Positions 19,483 to 28,882 of a stretch of DNA of 48,045 nt are shown here, one piece after another. Both the position numbers and the translations under genes were made by a program. Source of the DNA: a virus (Duplodnaviria > Caudoviricetes). The stretch lies in IMG/VR virus record IMGVR_UViG_3300020045_001019, positions 1-48,045 of that record; one strand, given 5' to 3'. How positions within the stretch are numbered: position 1 is the stretch's first letter; each line of letters opens with the position of its first letter. The notes beneath the pieces are model-generated. The model was not told the DNA's origin. It did not search any database and saw only the letters and a list, made by a program, of their open reading frames with translations.

Positions 19483-21339
19483 TTGGCAGAGTTTGGAATT
19501 AAAGCAACAGAGCTATCATCCCCACAAGGGGCAGGTAGCTCTCCTGTCTCTCCTGTTCAGGTAGATGATACAGGTTGGATGAAGACAGTAGGTGAAGGAT
19601 TAAATATCTTTGCCAAAGGGCTAGGAATTAAAGAGAAAGAAGAAGCTGGGAAGCAGGAATCTACTATCATTAATTCCTACTCTCGTAAACTTTCTGAGAT
19701 TAATAGTGCTCTTTCCACAGGGCAGATTACAGCAGCAGAAGCTGGTATGCGAAGTCGAGCTATTAGTAATGAGTATATGGGGGGTTATGGTGAACTGGCT
19801 GAAAAACTTAGCAAAGTTTCTAAAGCTTTTGCAGGTTCTACTGAGCTTGGTACTGCCGAGAAAGAAATAGAGACAGCAGCTACTCTTTACAATAAAGCTC
19901 TTACTGACACTCAGAGTGCAGGTTATCCTATTTATGACTGGATGACCAAATCTCAGAAAGACTCAGCTATTAGGGCTTACCAAACAGGCGTACAAGCTGA
20001 TAAGGAATTCTCTCGTTTAGCAGCTAAGACTGCTGAAGATAGAGCATCTGGTAAATACAATCAGGATGTCTCTGATCGAGAGAAGAAAGACTTTTCTATT
20101 CGTTTGATCGGTGACATTGTGGGAACTAACTTTGAAGCTTCTTACGACCAAGTGAATAGCCTATCTGCTGGTGTATCTTCTGGTAAAATTACCCCAGAAG
20201 AAGCTCAGATGGAATGGGCTAGGAAGATGGGACGTATTAATTCTCAGATTCAACTCGTATCTGGAACTAACCCGGAGCTTGCCTCCCCCTACCGTTCCCT
20301 GTTTGCAAATTTAGAAACACTTGGAAAAGACCTTCTTGATCCTGCTAAAACCAGTGACAAGCTTAAGTCTGAAATTGATTTACTACAGAACCAAGCTAAG
20401 CTTTTAATCCTTCAGCAGCCCGGAGCAGCTAATGTAATTGCAGCTTCTCAGTTGTTTGGTCAGAATGCTCAGGTTGCTCTCGGAAGTTCTCCTACAGTTG
20501 CTAAAGTTATTACTAACATTATTAGTAATCCCGTAGACAGTCCTTCAGCTAAAGAGCAAGTGATTGGTAACCCTGAAGTTCAGAAAGACACGTTTAAGTT
20601 CTTGAGTAAATCTCTTAAGGATTTAAATTCTGGTAAATTCAAAGATAATGTAAAAGCTAATGAAGAAGCAACCAATGGAGTTAATAATATTCTCCAACAG
20701 GTTGGTGACTCTCTTGGACGAAGAGGAGTAACAGCTACTTACTTAAAAGACTCTGCTTCTTTCTTTGCTTCTCCTGAGTTTGGTCAATATGTAACTACAG
20801 CTAAGATCGATAATGAAGCTCTTGCTGGCGCTACTAAGACATTCCAAGTACAATATCAGAACGAAGTAATTACAGGTGTTGATAAAGAAGTTCAACGTGT
20901 ATTTACTACAATTGATAAGTTTGGTTCTAAGTCAGCTCTTGACATTGCTGCTGAAGCTAAAGCTAAGGGTGGCCCTGTTAAAGAAGTTTCTGTACAAAAA
21001 CAGACAGAAGCAGAGTTTGACGTATCTAAGGTGGTGCCTACATTCACAGGAGCAGGTGTTGCTTTCTCATATGCAAACCCTTCAAGCAACCCCGCTACAG
21101 CTCGTCAAGAAAGAGAAATATTAGGTCAACTAAAAATATCTCAGACAGCTCTTACACAACTTGTGCATATTGGAGCACACATGGAAGGAACAACTAATTA
21201 TTCTAAATTTTGGGAAGAAAATAAACATGTTCTCCTTCCTCGTTTCTTCTCTAAGTATGAGGGATTGGAGATTGGTCAAGTGGTCAATGGTAAGCGTTAT
21301 TCTGGGGGTGATGCTAATAACCCCAGTAACTGGAAGTAA
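19483..21339 (+). CDS. Internal virion protein (probable TTG start)
   Basis: SD-like AAGGTG 6 nt before TTG at 19483; helical ~620 aa. Confidence 0.62.
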   Translation: MAEFGIKATELSSPQGAGSSPVSPVQVDDTGWMKTVGEGLNIFAKGLGIKEKEEAGKQESTIINSYSRKLSEINSALSTGQITAAEAGMRSRAISNEYMGGYGELAEKLSKVSKAFAGSTELGTAEKEIETAATLYNKALTDTQSAGYPIYDWMTKSQKDSAIRAYQTGVQADKEFSRLAAKTAEDRASGKYNQDVSDREKKDFSIRLIGDIVGTNFEASYDQVNSLSAGVSSGKITPEEAQMEWARKMGRINSQIQLVSGTNPELASPYRSLFANLETLGKDLLDPAKTSDKLKSEIDLLQNQAKLLILQQPGAANVIAASQLFGQNAQVALGSSPTVAKVITNIISNPVDSPSAKEQVIGNPEVQKDTFKFLSKSLKDLNSGKFKDNVKANEEATNGVNNILQQVGDSLGRRGVTATYLKDSASFFASPEFGQYVTTAKIDNEALAGATKTFQVQYQNEVITGVDKEVQRVFTTIDKFGSKSALDIAAEAKAKGGPVKEVSVQKQTEAEFDVSKVVPTFTGAGVAFSYANPSSNPATARQEREILGQLKISQTALTQLVHIGAHMEGTTNYSKFWEENKHVLLPRFFSKYEGLEIGQVVNGKRYSGGDANNPSNWK

Positions 21340-21340
21340 T

Positions 21341-21973
21341 ATGGCAGAACAGGAAACTAAGGCAGAGATGCCTTGGGAGAAGAGCTGGATCATGAAGAAG
21401 GTCCAGCCTCTTGTTGATGCTGTAGCAGATGCTAAGAATGGGACAATGCCTTGGGAACGGCAATGGAAAGAGAGGGCTACACAGCCTTCTTTGAAGACCC
21501 TTGATCCAGTCAAGAGTGCACCTGTTATGAGTAAAGAAGACTACTTCTCTACACTAGCTAAAGTGGAGAGTGGAGGTAATGCTAAAGCATCTGCCAGTAC
21601 AAGCTCTGCCGTCGGGTTATATCAATTCACCGAGGGAACTTGGAGTGATATGACCAAGAAGATGGGTGTTAGCTATTCGCTTGCAGATCGTACAGACCCT
21701 AAAAAATCAAGGCATGTAGTTGAAGCGTTCACAGCTAAGAATGAAGCAAAGGCTACTCGTGATTTAGGGAGGGCTCCTGAAAATCATGAGCTTTATATGT
21801 ACCATTTACTTGGTAGTGCAAAGGATATTCTTACAGCTCCTCTTACAGAACCTGCTGCTGATTATGTACAGGCGCAACAGGCAAGGGCAAATAAGAATGT
21901 ATTTTTTACAGAAGATGGAAAACCACGATCTGTAAAGGAAGTCTTAACAATGTTTAAGAGGAAGTTTCAGTAA
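21341..21973 (+). CDS. Lytic transglycosylase/lysozyme-like virion protein
   Basis: Catalytic LAKVESGGN, AVGLYQFTEGTW and LYMYHLLG motifs; ATG at 21341. Confidence 0.82.
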   Translation: MAEQETKAEMPWEKSWIMKKVQPLVDAVADAKNGTMPWERQWKERATQPSLKTLDPVKSAPVMSKEDYFSTLAKVESGGNAKASASTSSAVGLYQFTEGTWSDMTKKMGVSYSLADRTDPKKSRHVVEAFTAKNEAKATRDLGRAPENHELYMYHLLGSAKDILTAPLTEPAADYVQAQQARANKNVFFTEDGKPRSVKEVLTMFKRKFQ

Positions 21974-22245
21974 TGCCAGCAAAAGGGAAATATTCAAAAT
22001 CAGCTACAGAGGACTCTATTCGTCAACGTAAGTATAACTCTAAGCCTTCTAGTAAGAAGGATAGAGCTTCTCGTAACTCTGCTCGTAGTGAAGCTATGAA
22101 GGATGGTAAGGTACGAAAGGGTGATGGCCTCGACATCGACCACAAAGACTCAAACCCACGTAATAACAAGAAGAGTAACACCCAAGTGATGTCTGCCAGT
22201 AAGAACAGAGCACTTAACCAGTTTGATAAAAGGAAAAAGAAATAA
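21973..22245 (+). CDS. Small basic HNH protein
   Basis: DIDHKDSNPRNN...N...NR HNH core in a K/R-rich protein. Confidence 0.75.
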   Translation: MPAKGKYSKSATEDSIRQRKYNSKPSSKKDRASRNSARSEAMKDGKVRKGDGLDIDHKDSNPRNNKKSNTQVMSASKNRALNQFDKRKKK

Positions 22246-23582
22246 TGGCAATTGAACCTAAAGGCCCAGGTGGTGTAGGTAGTTCATATGGAACTCGTAC
22301 AACTATCCCAGCTCCCCAGATTGACTCAGCAAATGAGCTACGTCCTAATTACACAGAATTTTCTCAAGGAGAAGGCTTTCCTGTAGTTGCACAAACTAAT
22401 CCTCTCACCGGGGTGGTTGAAATTTTAGACCCGGAAACAGGGTTGCCTATTTCCTTGGGAGGCGGGGATGTCGCTACCGAGTCTGGGTGGGTGAACTTTG
22501 TTACGGGGACTGCATCACCGCGCGACATGCTGACAGCTGCTGGGGACACGACAGCCACATCTATGATGTCAAAAGAAGCGCATATCTCTCGCGCCGCTGT
22601 TACGTCACTCAAGATTGTGGTGCCAAACTACTACTTTAACGGAGCGTCTGGGGACTCTGCGCCGGGAGATGCAACCGCAACTTGCACCGCATCGATTGAA
22701 TACCCCGCTGGCACTTACACGCAGGTAAGGTTCGGCGGTGATATTACTGGCCCTCTGCCGAACGGCGGGCTGCTTACGTCAGATGATGTTGCGGTAACAA
22801 TCCCAAATGCAACAACCTTCTGGGTGCGGATTTATAGGGCAGGATTCACCGCTGGTAAAGTCCCGTTTATAAATGGTGGAAATAGCACGATGGGTGACAT
22901 AGCCAACTACGGCACATCGGTAACTGACATGACGATGGGGGGCGTGATTGGCAGTAGCGGAAGCCCAAAATTCCGCTGTGCAGCAATCATCTCAAAAGTA
23001 GCAGGCGTGAAAAGCTACCTACTGCTGGGGGACTCACGGGTGATGGGTACGGGCGAAACTTACAGCCCTACAAACATGGATTTCGGCATACTGGCCCGAG
23101 GAATTGGACCCTACGCGGCCTACTGCAACATCGGAACCGGGAGCGACCGATCAGACTGGTTTGTGTCAAATAGTGTTATGCGCCGTCAGTTGGCTCAATA
23201 CTGCACGCACGCTGTGGGCGCTTATGGGGTTAACGACCTTGGGGCAGGGCGTACCCCAGCGGCTATCGTCGCATCTATCCAAGCCATGCGCGGACTGTTC
23301 CCATCACTTCCTTTTTACCAAAGTACCATTCATGCAGCTACCAACGCAGGAAATACAGCGGCGCTGTCATACGAAGCAAACCGGGTGGCGCTTAACGACT
23401 TGATCCGCTCAGGCATCAGCGGGCTGTATGGGTGGGTGGAAGGGGCTGACCCCGTTGAATCAGCGAGAGACTCCGGGCTGTTTGCATCATCGACGTATAC
23501 AACGGACGGCCTGCATATGTCTCAAGCGGGATACCTTGCGCTGGCAAAAAGCGGGAAAATATTGCCGCAACTGATGCCGTAA
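22245..23582 (+). CDS. SGNH/GDSL esterase-domain protein (probably virion-associated)
   Basis: Blocks LLGDSR, NIGTGS, YGVNDL and DGLH; sequence becomes visibly GC-richer after 22400. Confidence 0.85.
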   Translation: MAIEPKGPGGVGSSYGTRTTIPAPQIDSANELRPNYTEFSQGEGFPVVAQTNPLTGVVEILDPETGLPISLGGGDVATESGWVNFVTGTASPRDMLTAAGDTTATSMMSKEAHISRAAVTSLKIVVPNYYFNGASGDSAPGDATATCTASIEYPAGTYTQVRFGGDITGPLPNGGLLTSDDVAVTIPNATTFWVRIYRAGFTAGKVPFINGGNSTMGDIANYGTSVTDMTMGGVIGSSGSPKFRCAAIISKVAGVKSYLLLGDSRVMGTGETYSPTNMDFGILARGIGPYAAYCNIGTGSDRSDWFVSNSVMRRQLAQYCTHAVGAYGVNDLGAGRTPAAIVASIQAMRGLFPSLPFYQSTIHAATNAGNTAALSYEANRVALNDLIRSGISGLYGWVEGADPVESARDSGLFASSTYTTDGLHMSQAGYLALAKSGKILPQLMP

Positions 23583-23878
23583 CCTAATCCCCTCACCGGG
23601 GGGAGTGATTTATCAACCGACGTGGCGACACTGAAATTACCTGCTGGTGTGACAGATTTGACATCAGGGGTAAGCGGTGGCGCTGTGACGCACAAAGCGC
23701 GCATGTCACTTCCGGCAAACATGGCAACCGCTGGCTATGGTCAGCTTGGGTTTGATACCACTGGTGCATTGCTCGCAACCCCTGTTTTAGGCGTATTGGA
23801 GGCAGTCGGTGACGTGCTCTATTACACGACAAGCACGGGTCGAAAGACTGTGACACTAGTCTAAATCTAATCCCCTCA
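22396..23878 (+). repeat. Three direct repeats CTAATCC(C/T)CTCA(CCGGGG) bounding two cassettes
   Basis: 22396-22413 and 23584-23601 are 17/18 identical; 23867-23878 matches the first 12 nt of copy 2. Confidence 0.85.
23583..23864 (+). CDS. Orphan C-terminal cassette, in frame with the SGNH gene after its stop
   Basis: Reads PNPLTGGSDLSTDVATLKLPAG...VLYYTTSTGRKTVTLV*; an alternative GTG start exists at 23622; GC-rich. Confidence 0.6.
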   Translation, partial: PNPLTGGSDLSTDVATLKLPAGVTDLTSGVSGGAVTHKARMSLPANMATAGYGQLGFDTTGALLATPVLGVLEAVGDVLYYTTSTGRKTVTLV

Positions 23879-23936
23879 TCACAATGATTCAAAAACAACC
23901 TATCTGTTTAAGGTGGGTTAACTCTTAAGGAATTAA

Positions 23937-24608
23937 ATGGCAAGTTCTAAACTAGCTCGTCAACGTCAAGTTGTTGAACCTATTCGTGGCTTTATAAGTG
24001 TAGAGCCTAAGAATTTAGCTCAGCAGCTCTATCTTGAAGCTATTCAAGAGAATGATGTTGTGTTTGGTGTTGGTAGTGCAGGCACAGGGAAAACCTATGT
24101 TGCAGCTTCATACGCAGCGGAGAAGCTTTTCTACAGGGAGATAGGGCAAGTGATTGTCACTAGACCTAATGTTGAGGCGTCACGTTCTATGGGGTTTCTC
24201 CCTGGTGAGCTTGAAGAGAAATATGCTCCTTATCTGGAGCCTTTTGATGGAGTGTTTGAGAGAGCTTTTGGTAAGTCTATGTATGAGCTGCTCAAGAAGC
24301 GAGGACAAATTGCTCCTAAGCCTTTAGGCTTTATGCGAGGAGCTACATTTGATAATGCTATTGTCCTTGTAGATGAATGTCAGAATATGACTGAACGAGA
24401 GTTTAAACTTATTCTTACACGAGTTGGAGAAGGAACTAAAATCATCTTCTCTGGGGATAGTAAACAGGTAGACATTCCAGACTCTGGACTGAATAGTACG
24501 ATTGATCGGTTGAAGAGGATTCCTGGAATCTTTACAGTGGAGTTTACTCCTCATGACATTGTTCGTAGTAGGTTGTGTAAAGAAATTATTATGGAGTATG
24601 AGCGTTAA
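23937..24608 (+). CDS. phoH: PhoH-family ATPase
   Basis: GSAGTGKT, GFLPG, FMRGATF, VDECQN, GDSKQVD and DIVRS motifs. Confidence 0.95.
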   Translation: MASSKLARQRQVVEPIRGFISVEPKNLAQQLYLEAIQENDVVFGVGSAGTGKTYVAASYAAEKLFYREIGQVIVTRPNVEASRSMGFLPGELEEKYAPYLEPFDGVFERAFGKSMYELLKKRGQIAPKPLGFMRGATFDNAIVLVDECQNMTEREFKLILTRVGEGTKIIFSGDSKQVDIPDSGLNSTIDRLKRIPGIFTVEFTPHDIVRSRLCKEIIMEYER

Positions 24609-24609
24609 T

Positions 24610-24750
24610 ATGGCAACAAGCAAAGCAATGAAAGAAGGCATGAAAGAGAAAAAGACTGGTAAGTCTGGTTCTAAGATGCACGAGAAAAAAGAAACTAAAT
24701 CATATAAAAAGGCTGAAAAGAAAGGCATGGGTAAGAAAGGTGCCTGTTAA
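24610..24750 (+). CDS. Small lysine-rich protein (46 aa)
   Basis: ATG at 24610: MATSKAMKEGMKEKKTGK...KKGAC. Confidence 0.7.
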   Translation: MATSKAMKEGMKEKKTGKSGSKMHEKKETKSYKKAEKKGMGKKGAC

Positions 24751-24862
24751 TAAGTCTAAAATGGATGCTATGAAAAAGCAATATGGCGCTAAGAAGGCTA
24801 AAGAAGTCTATTACGCTATGGAGAATAAAGCTAAATCTTCTAGTAAGAAAAAGAAGAAGTAG
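24740..24862 (+). CDS. Small lysine-rich protein (40 aa, not in track)
   Basis: GTG start overlapping the previous stop: MPVNKSKMDAMKKQYGAKKAKEVYYAMENKAKSSSKKKKK. Confidence 0.7.
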   Translation: MPVNKSKMDAMKKQYGAKKAKEVYYAMENKAKSSSKKKKK

Positions 24863-24870
24863 AAACGAAG

Positions 24871-24918
24871 AAACCCTTAGACGACTTGGAGCAATCCTTG
24901 GTATCTAAGGGTTTTTTT
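24871..24918. terminator. Terminator between the convergent arms (probably bidirectional)
   Basis: AAACCCTTAGA/TCTAAGGGTTT stem, T-run on +, A-rich 5' flank, internal GGA-GCAA-TCC hairpin. Confidence 0.85.
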
Positions 24919-24922
24919 GTTT

Positions 24923-25303
24923 CTAAGTTAATGTATTAGCAATGTACTCAAATATATTATATGCTATTGGGTTTTTTATTTTGAAATAGTAATGGTGGAC
25001 ATTACCTAATGGTGTTGTCCATTCTAAATTATCTACTTTATTATTAGTTGGATCATTGTCTTTATGATTTACAACATTACACCCTTCAATTTTAGGAATG
25101 AATGCATTAGCCACCAGTCGATGCACGCTGCACTTCTTTATAGCACCATTAATACGTAAATCTACTCTCTGATGAAGAGAGCCACTAGAAGTGTACGTTT
25201 TCATCACTTTTTCTTTACGTGAATTCCCGTTACCGTGAGATATTACTACTCCTTCATCAGAGATAGAATATTGACCATCAGAATCATCAATTTCTTTAAA
25301 CAC
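24923..25303 (-). CDS. NUMOD4-HNH homing endonuclease
   Basis: FKEI...YSISDEGVV (NUMOD4); VHRLVANAFI...VNHKDNDPTNNKVDNLEWTT. GTG start after AAGGGG. Confidence 0.88.
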   Translation of the reverse strand: MFKEIDDSDGQYSISDEGVVISHGNGNSRKEKVMKTYTSSGSLHQRVDLRINGAIKKCSVHRLVANAFIPKIEGCNVVNHKDNDPTNNKVDNLEWTTPLGNVHHYYFKIKNPIAYNIFEYIANTLT

Positions 25304-25380
25304 AAAAAACCCCTTTTTGAAAAGATACAACTACTATACTTTAGTAAGTAGTGTTTCTCGACTAGAAGGGGTTTCTTTTT
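25304..25380 (-). terminator. Terminator / RBS-sequestering hairpin after nrdJ
   Basis: Minus strand AAAAGAAACCCCTT...AAGGGGTTTTTT; the 3' arm contains the HNH SD. Confidence 0.65.
25333..25362 (-). promoter_or_regulatory. Putative late promoter GTCGAG-N18-TATAGT
   Basis: Exact motif inside the hairpin upstream of the NUMOD4-HNH gene. Confidence 0.7.
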
Positions 25381-25389
25381 GCCTATTTA

Positions 25390-27378
25390 TTATCGAACAG
25401 GACATGCTCCAGAAGAGCAGTCATCTTCAATAGGAGCATCAATGTCGTTGGCTTGCTCTAGGTCAATAGGTTGAATGAGGGATACATATTCCTCAAATCT
25501 ACTCTTCATAACTACTTCTTGAGGGAGGTATTTATATCCAAGATCTTTGGCTGCTTTGGTGGGATCAGCCCGAAATAGGAAAGAGACTCCAACATAATTA
25601 TCCCAGTTAGTATATAACCAGTCCACAATTTCATTAACTTCCTCCACAGAATAAGAGATAGTAGCTGATACATTCTGTTGACACCAGTTTGTCATAAGTA
25701 ATTTGTAACGATCTAGTTGTGTGATAGCACTCTCTGAGTTAACCTCCAGCACTTCTCCATCCTTTTCAAACTTGTCAAAAGGTACTTCATCCCATTTAAC
25801 AGGGAAGGTAATTAAAACAGAGGAAGGGTCAGTGGGGTTATCTACAACTTTATACCCTGCTGAGCGACAAAGGGGTACAAGTGGATCAAACTTACCAAAG
25901 TTAACATTGTTAAAAATATATTTACCCAAGGGTTTGTGCATTCCCTCTGTAGTATCCATAATCTTACTTAATGTCCCAGATGGTTTAATCGTAGTTACAT
26001 TTTTTGGACGGGGTGTCCCGAGTTCATCAGCCATACAATAAGCTGCTGAAGTCGCTGTACGTTGAAGTTCTTGGTAGTCGTACTCTCGAAGGTCTGGCCG
26101 TTGTACGATACCTGTAAGACCGACTCCACAAAGTCTGAGGAATTGATTATTAAGGTGCCAGGCTTCTTGGAGAACTCCATCCAATAGATTGACACAGGTT
26201 TGTCTATAGTTGGCTCGTGCGGCAATATAAACTGCTCTACGAAGTCCTGAAGAGTTACCTTTGAATTTTGCAATGTCTACCTCACTTAGGTTACAGAATG
26301 ATTTATTTCCAAGAAGGATTTCAGCGCACGGATTTACGCCCTTAAACCAAGGCGCTCTTTTTCTTGCAGCTACCCCATTAATGAACCCAGGCTCACTTCC
26401 ACCTGAATCAACCATTAGCTTAAATATACCTTTAAGGTTTTCCTTACTAGGTTTCAAGTTAAACACAAGACTGTTATTTGACTGGGCTCGTTGTATATTC
26501 TTATCCCACCATTGATTCTTAGCTACAGAAAACTCTTCCCATTCATCTTCCCCATACTCAAATAAAGCAATTTCTGCAGAACGACGAGAGGAGAGAACAG
26601 TACCAAGCCAGTTAACAATGTCAAGAATGTCAATCCGGCTAAGCAAGCTTCCAGAACGCCTGTTAAGGATAGTAAAGATTGAACTATATGCTTTACTAAT
26701 TGATTCATCACCGCTACTAATCCATCCATACCCCTTAAGCCTTTCTCCTGCTGGCCTGATTTGAGAGAAGTCAAGCACAAGCTTGGTAGCTGGAAATTTA
26801 TGAGCTATTAGTTTTCCAATAGATTTACTCCAAGCTTCTGCTGAATCACCAATAGAGATGGTCCACACCCCTGTTGATTCATCATATGTTTCGCTATTGG
26901 ATTGATTACCCTCCCTATCTTTACGACTAGAGCGAACTATTTCCAGTTCTTCAATGGGTTTTTGAAACCCTGTAAGCTGACCTACAATAGGACGAAATCC
27001 AACACCACACCCTTGCATTAAAAGCCAGAGTACATCAACTACATCATACACAGTCTCTACATTGGTAAAACTGCAATTAAACTGACTAGCTTCCCTTCGT
27101 TTAGCTACTTCTGTACCCCCAAGCCAGAGAGTACGACCAGAAAGAAGAACCTTACGATCAAGCATGAGTTGTTTAAGTTCATTCAGCTCTTCAAACGCTA
27201 TATCACTACCTTCAGTGTGACCTAGAGCACGATCCCACAGCCATTTCTGATGACCAATAACACGATCTACAGTTTGTTCAAATGTTTCAAACTGTGTCCC
27301 TTCTTCATTCAAGGGCCTATTGTATGTTCGTCGAGCAATTAACTGTGCTCGGAGAGATGGTTTATTTAGTTCTGTCAT
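25390..27378 (-). CDS. nrdJ: Class II (adenosylcobalamin-dependent, monomeric RTPR-type) ribonucleotide reductase
   Basis: SGRTLW, QFNCSF, VNPCAEI...FCNLSE, TTIKPSGT and C-terminal CSSGACPVR cysteine pair; no nrdB in the window. Confidence 0.92.
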   Translation of the reverse strand: MTELNKPSLRAQLIARRTYNRPLNEEGTQFETFEQTVDRVIGHQKWLWDRALGHTEGSDIAFEELNELKQLMLDRKVLLSGRTLWLGGTEVAKRREASQFNCSFTNVETVYDVVDVLWLLMQGCGVGFRPIVGQLTGFQKPIEELEIVRSSRKDREGNQSNSETYDESTGVWTISIGDSAEAWSKSIGKLIAHKFPATKLVLDFSQIRPAGERLKGYGWISSGDESISKAYSSIFTILNRRSGSLLSRIDILDIVNWLGTVLSSRRSAEIALFEYGEDEWEEFSVAKNQWWDKNIQRAQSNNSLVFNLKPSKENLKGIFKLMVDSGGSEPGFINGVAARKRAPWFKGVNPCAEILLGNKSFCNLSEVDIAKFKGNSSGLRRAVYIAARANYRQTCVNLLDGVLQEAWHLNNQFLRLCGVGLTGIVQRPDLREYDYQELQRTATSAAYCMADELGTPRPKNVTTIKPSGTLSKIMDTTEGMHKPLGKYIFNNVNFGKFDPLVPLCRSAGYKVVDNPTDPSSVLITFPVKWDEVPFDKFEKDGEVLEVNSESAITQLDRYKLLMTNWCQQNVSATISYSVEEVNEIVDWLYTNWDNYVGVSFLFRADPTKAAKDLGYKYLPQEVVMKSRFEEYVSLIQPIDLEQANDIDAPIEDDCSSGACPVR

Positions 27379-27381
27379 ATA

Positions 27382-27717
27382 TTACCGATAATCCCCTGAC
27401 CCCTGAAGAGTGTTATTTGCTTTTCGTTTATAAAGCTTCATGATATTACTATTAGCAATATCAGAAAGTGTCCATCCATTATCTGTTGCAATGGCTGCTA
27501 GGAACCAAAATACATCTCCTAACTCTTTCTTTAGTAACAGACTGTGATCAGGTTTCTCACCATCCCTACGAGCTTTGGCAAGGAGGGAGAAAAGCTCCCC
27601 TACCTCACCAACCAACCCGTCTAGAGCATATCGATCATCTGCTGAGTCAAGCCTAACACCCATTGCAGCCGCTTGATAATCATTCAGTAAATACACCATA
27701 CCCCATTTATTATCCAT
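27382..27717 (-). CDS. MazG-like NTP pyrophosphohydrolase
   Basis: GLVGEVGE...KKELGDVFWF...NIMKLYKR...LQGSGD. Confidence 0.88.
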   Translation of the reverse strand: MDNKWGMVYLLNDYQAAAMGVRLDSADDRYALDGLVGEVGELFSLLAKARRDGEKPDHSLLLKKELGDVFWFLAAIATDNGWTLSDIANSNIMKLYKRKANNTLQGSGDYR

Positions 27718-28474
27718 ATTTCTTTTCCAAGTAAGTTAATGAAACCGGCATAATGTCAAATTGACCATCATTAACTTCATGTAACATCAAGCATCCACGC
27801 CAGTGCTTATTTGACTGAGGTCCCATATAATCCTCATCATGCTCGTAACATGAGCCTGCAATAATTGACGTAAGTCGCTTACCATCAGCACGATGGGCTG
27901 TAGCAATTTGAAGCCCTTGCATATGTCCAGCAATACATGACATGTGTTTCTTATTCAACTGAGCGCTTGCTGAAGAAGCTGGCCGCCCCATTACGCCTGA
28001 TGTAAAGTAGTGACTATAAGCAATACCGTCAATCACAACTACATCAAGAAACGGATATACTTCCCACCCTAGTTTTTCATACTCTAAGTCCTGATCACTA
28101 ATTACCCCTTCGATTTTAGGGTCATTGTCAATAGCTCGTTGAATACGATTTTCATGATTACCAAGGGTCATTACCATACGAGGATTGTATGTTTTCTTCT
28201 TATTCTTAGTTTGTTGACGATTATAAATATGTAGAGGAAGCATAAGCTGAAACATAGCATCATGAGCAGCTTTAATGTCATCTACATACCTACGTCCTTC
28301 AAACTGCCTCTTACCTACGTCATATGAGCTAAGAGAAGGCATGTCTGCAAAATCCCCTAGGCATACAATTACTTCAGGTTGTTTATCTACAATGTATTGA
28401 CCAATCCTATTAAGGAAAGTGAAATCATTTCCAGGCTTTGCTTGGACATCTGGTAGGACGAAGTGTTTAGTCAT
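27710..28474 (-). CDS. Calcineurin-like metallophosphoesterase
   Basis: PDVQ, LGDFAD, LGNHE, YSH and AGH motifs. Confidence 0.88.
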   Translation of the reverse strand: MTKHFVLPDVQAKPGNDFTFLNRIGQYIVDKQPEVIVCLGDFADMPSLSSYDVGKRQFEGRRYVDDIKAAHDAMFQLMLPLHIYNRQQTKNKKKTYNPRMVMTLGNHENRIQRAIDNDPKIEGVISDQDLEYEKLGWEVYPFLDVVVIDGIAYSHYFTSGVMGRPASSASAQLNKKHMSCIAGHMQGLQIATAHRADGKRLTSIIAGSCYEHDEDYMGPQSNKHWRGCLMLHEVNDGQFDIMPVSLTYLEKKYG

Positions 28475-28492
28475 TTAAATTCCTTTAGGGAT

Positions 28493-28882
28493 TTAATCAT
28501 CTTGTTCTTCCTCATCATCATACTCCTCAGGAATATAAGGAGTAACAATGACAGTTTCTTTCTTAAGGTCTGACATTACATTAATCATATGTTGTGTCCC
28601 TTTAGACTTACCATCCCAGAAAGCAATAAGCCCATCAGCATATTTTCCCATATCAGCATTACGTTTAAACCCTGCTCGTTTACCTAGCGTCTTCCAATCA
28701 GCAGGAAACCGCTTAACATCAATATTATTACTATAAGCCCAAAGTTCCCCGTATTTATCAACTCCAATAGCACTCCCTGAAACTACTTCTTCAGTTTCTA
28801 AGGGATCAACTAATTCGTCAAGAACACTTGAAACTTGTTCTTGAGTAAACCCTGACCTACTCCCTGCTACAATAAGTTTCAT
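28493..28882 (-). CDS. SLOG/YspA-like (DUF2493-type) protein
   Basis: IVAGSR, VVSGSAIGVD, AGFKRNADM and AFWDGKSKGT motifs. Confidence 0.85.
   Translation of the reverse strand: MKLIVAGSRSGFTQEQVSSVLDELVDPLETEEVVSGSAIGVDKYGELWAYSNNIDVKRFPADWKTLGKRAGFKRNADMGKYADGLIAFWDGKSKGTQHMINVMSDLKKETVIVTPYIPEEYDDEEEQDD

Noticed and set aside
23580-23585. Programmed stop read-through from the SGNH gene into cassette 2
   Set aside because: Frame is preserved, but UAA is rarely read through and no stimulatory signal is seen; the repeat explains the frame better. Not fully excluded.
22396-23878. CRISPR array or invertible shufflon
   Set aside because: Spacing is ~1190 and ~280 nt rather than 30-40 nt, repeats are direct rather than inverted, and no cas or invertase gene is present.
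27379-27400. Cobalamin riboswitch upstream of nrdJ
   Set aside because: Only 3 nt separate the MazG-like gene from nrdJ, and no B12 box is visible.
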